Shown piece after piece: positions 62,883 to 64,000 of a stretch of 64,000 nucleotides of DNA. A program made the position numbers and the translations under genes. Each line of letters starts with the position of its first letter. The stretch's first letter is position 1. Source of the stretch: Rhizaria sp. SCN 62-66 (Eukaryota); assembly GCA_001724265.1 (NCBI GenBank), contig MEDY01000111.1:1-64000 (forward strand), read 5' to 3'. The notes below the pieces were generated by a model. It worked only from the letters and a program-made list of their open reading frames with translations. It made no database searches and was not told where the DNA came from.

Positions 62883-63333
62883 GAGAGCGGCCGTGTCCAC
62901 TAGAGTTCGCAAAGCAAATGAGGATACGACAAGGCAAAGGTTAAGTTGTCAGATTGCGGTAGTGCGAGTTCGACCACATGAACAGCGGTTTCCCAAAATA
63001 ACTTTAAAGTTTCAAGCGTTCAAGTGTGTTTAAAACTTCATCATGCATATTCCCACCGTCTTCATACGGGAGTTGAGTCTGTTTATCTCATTTTACTTGA
63101 GCCCATGGCATGACCAAAGTCGGCCTGAGGTTACAGTTTGGATTTGTGGTGGCGGTGACAGATGTGCTTCTTGTTTGTGGTGAGACACAATTCGTCGAAG
63201 GACGCAATAAAACCGAACTGAGCGCAGTTCAAACTCACGTAAAACGTTTTTAAAGTCAAGAAAAAGGAGTAAACATATGTATGATTGGAGGATTCTTCGA
63301 TTTCTGCCAGTATAACTGTCATATCTCGTGCGA

Positions 63334-64000
63334 TCAGCTCTCGGGGTTGTGCGCGACAATAGCGCGGTTGATGAATTCGGTGGCGCGATCCAACGCCGTG
63401 AACTCGCGCGCGGTCACCATGGCGCGGTGCTTTTCCTGGGTTTCCAGGTTGGCATTGTCGGGCGGCGGGACGAACTCGCCGTCGGGATCGGCCTCGTGTT
63501 CAATATCAAGCAGCAAGATGAAACGCCACGCCAGCGGGTTGCGGAAGCGCATCACTGGGGCGCCAAGCAGCGCCGCTGCACGGTGCATCCAGAAGGTTCG
63601 ACGGCGCAACGCCTTAAGCAGCTTCTCCGCCGCAGCAGTCGGGTTGTTAGTCATCGCGTTCGCGGTGTCAATCTCAGCCTGCGTCCTGTTGTAGACGGTG
63701 ATGGAGTTCCGCAAGAAACGCACGACAGGTAGCAGCGTCTCGTAGTTCTGGACGCCGCAGTGCGGGGACAGCAGGGTTAGCGCCCGGTCCACCGCGGGGC
63801 CGAGGCTGGTAATGCGAGGCCACGCCGCGGTGAAGTATGCAGCGGCGGCACGTGCGTCGCGGTTGCACGCCTCGGAGTTATGCGGGCCGCTGCTTCAACT
63901 CCCGCTGGCACAGACGCAGCACGCGGTCCTGTCGCGCGGCGTGGCCGACGTGTTTGGTCGCGGCGGCCGTGGACGCGCATGTGCAGTCGAGCGCGACGCC
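63334..64000 (-). pseudogene. Frameshifted, 3'-truncated paralogue of the 59235-62882 gene; runs off the window end
   Basis: The frame from 64000 reads GVALDCTC..ARQDRVLRLCQRELKQRPA* (TAA 63880-63878), matching GVAMGCTC..ARQKRVSRLCHQELELNPVY in the neighbour. Homology resumes in a shifted frame (FTAAWPR..NYETLLPVVRFLRNS..AAAEKLLKA.RRRTFW.HRA) and ends at TGA 63336-63334, before the YQRP block. Confidence 0.8.

Noticed and set aside
1-64000. tRNA, rRNA, CRISPR arrays, transposases or prokaryotic operon/defence systems
   Set aside because: None recognisable; spliceosomal introns and gene content show a eukaryotic nuclear locus.

Overview
Gene-dense window from a eukaryotic microbe (protist-like; taxon not assignable from this window). 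Coding DNA is GC-rich and full of Ala/Ser low-complexity inserts, spacers are short and AT-rich, and there are eight AT-rich GT-AG introns of 106-185 nt. I find 11 protein genes: a 5'-partial ING-type PHD protein, a large unknown membrane protein, a UCP-type mitochondrial carrier, a 2-TM Cys-loop protein, a membrane-anchored PXK/Slob-like pseudokinase, VID27, an FZL/bacterial-dynamin-like GTPase with a mitochondrial-type presequence, an atypical ribosomal P1 protein, a 9602-aa single-ORF HECT E3 ligase, Rac, and an uncharacterised protein resembling a phage/bacterial family. A frameshifted paralogous fragment of the last gene follows it. The most striking signal is four in-frame TAG codons, all in Gln-rich contexts, interrupting two otherwise intact genes, while all ten other gene ends are TAA or TGA. 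This suggests a nuclear genetic code in which UAG alone is a sense codon (most likely Gln). Family assignments come from motif recognition by eye, not from database searches.
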